Shown: piece by piece, positions 63,401 through 64,000 of the stretch | How the letters are laid out: each line of letters opens with the position of its first letter | Numbering within the stretch: the first letter of the stretch is position 1 | From: Octopus sinensis | Lineage: Eukaryota | Direction: 5' to 3' | Length of the DNA stretch: 64,000 nt | Assembly: GCF_006345805.1 (NCBI RefSeq) | Contig: NC_043006.1 | Location: forward strand, 17,050,001-17,114,000 | Made by a program: the position numbers and the translations under genes | The notes under the pieces: model-generated | What the model was told of the DNA's origin: nothing | Databases searched by the model: none | Seen by the model: only the letters and a program-made list of their open reading frames with translations

Positions 63401-63936
63401 ATAAAAGGAGCTGTTTTATTCGCTTCATGTTGGTTTATATGTTCACATTTTCCCAGTAAAGTAGATTGGTTTACACTGTGTCTCAGTTGGGTCTCCATCA
63501 TAGATAATGTGTCTCTTGTTTCCCTTGATTATCCACCAACAATTCCCCATCATACAGGTTGAAGTCATTATTTCTCATACTAACCTTCAGTTAAGCCTGC
63601 AAACAGCTTTATTTGTCCCCCCACTTCTGTACATTTTCCTTTAGTCCAGCTGAGAGTAAAGTAGTTACTTAGGCAACTAATGGTTCAGAATGCACATGGC
63701 ATTGTCGGTTTATCAAAGCTGATGAAGAATAATCATTGTTTCATTGCAGAAGATATGGAAATATTGGCTTACACAAGCATACTGACATTCATTTGTTTGT
63801 TCAGTTACAGGATATGCATGATATTTCTCAGATATCAGTGATGATATTATATATGCATCTTACAGAGATGTTTTCTATGACTAAATAACTAAATTCCAAA
63901 GTGGTATTAGGAATTTCATACAAAGGATCCCTTGTA

Positions 63937-63996
63937 TAGGCGCAGGAGTGGCCATGTAGGTGCAGGAGTGACCATATAGGCGCAGGAGTGGCTATA
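63937..63996 (+). repeat. Three tandem 20-mers equal to the S1 SINE 5' end
   Basis: TAGGYGCAGGAGTGRCYATR x3. Confidence 0.8.
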
Positions 63997-64000
63997 TATT

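Noticed and set aside
63760-63880. Acceptor followed by signal-peptide-like MEILAYTSILTFICLFSY
   Set aside because: Frame closes after 28 codons with no donor.

Overview
AT-rich, repeat-dense animal genomic DNA, most likely an octopus (coleoid cephalopod). That assignment is inferred from the repeat families and the very large (TA)n/(CA)n/(AAT)n tracts and is not proven. One protein-coding gene is confidently recognisable: LAMTOR4 (Ragulator subunit, + strand, three coding exons 21290-28575, 95 aa). A CpG-richer promoter-like zone with ETS and CLEAR-like E-box motifs lies at about 13.5-15.7 kb, and several unassigned exon-like segments lie around the gene. The rest is mobile DNA: a near-full-length frameshifted RTE LINE (34.2-37.7 kb) with many 5'-truncated copies of its 3' tail; a complete but dead 1.6-kb Tc1 element with long inverted repeats nested in an older RTE; CR1-type LINE ends; non-autonomous Helitrons; TTAA-type MITEs; several tRNA-derived SINE families; and Penelope-like tails carrying hammerhead-ribozyme cores. 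The most interesting observations are: (1) hammerhead motifs, one inside a 96-bp inverted repeat; (2) a ~145-bp inverted duplication in a LAMTOR4 intron, a candidate dsRNA/ADAR substrate; (3) a spliceable orphan exon pair upstream of LAMTOR4; (4) a Helitron with captured sequence; (5) a SINE trimer inside one target-site duplication; (6) a higher-order SINE-tail/microsatellite tandem array. All alignments were done by eye, and repeat boundaries are approximate unless a TSD or terminal motif is quoted. Most ORFs in the supplied track are artefacts of microsatellites and repeats.
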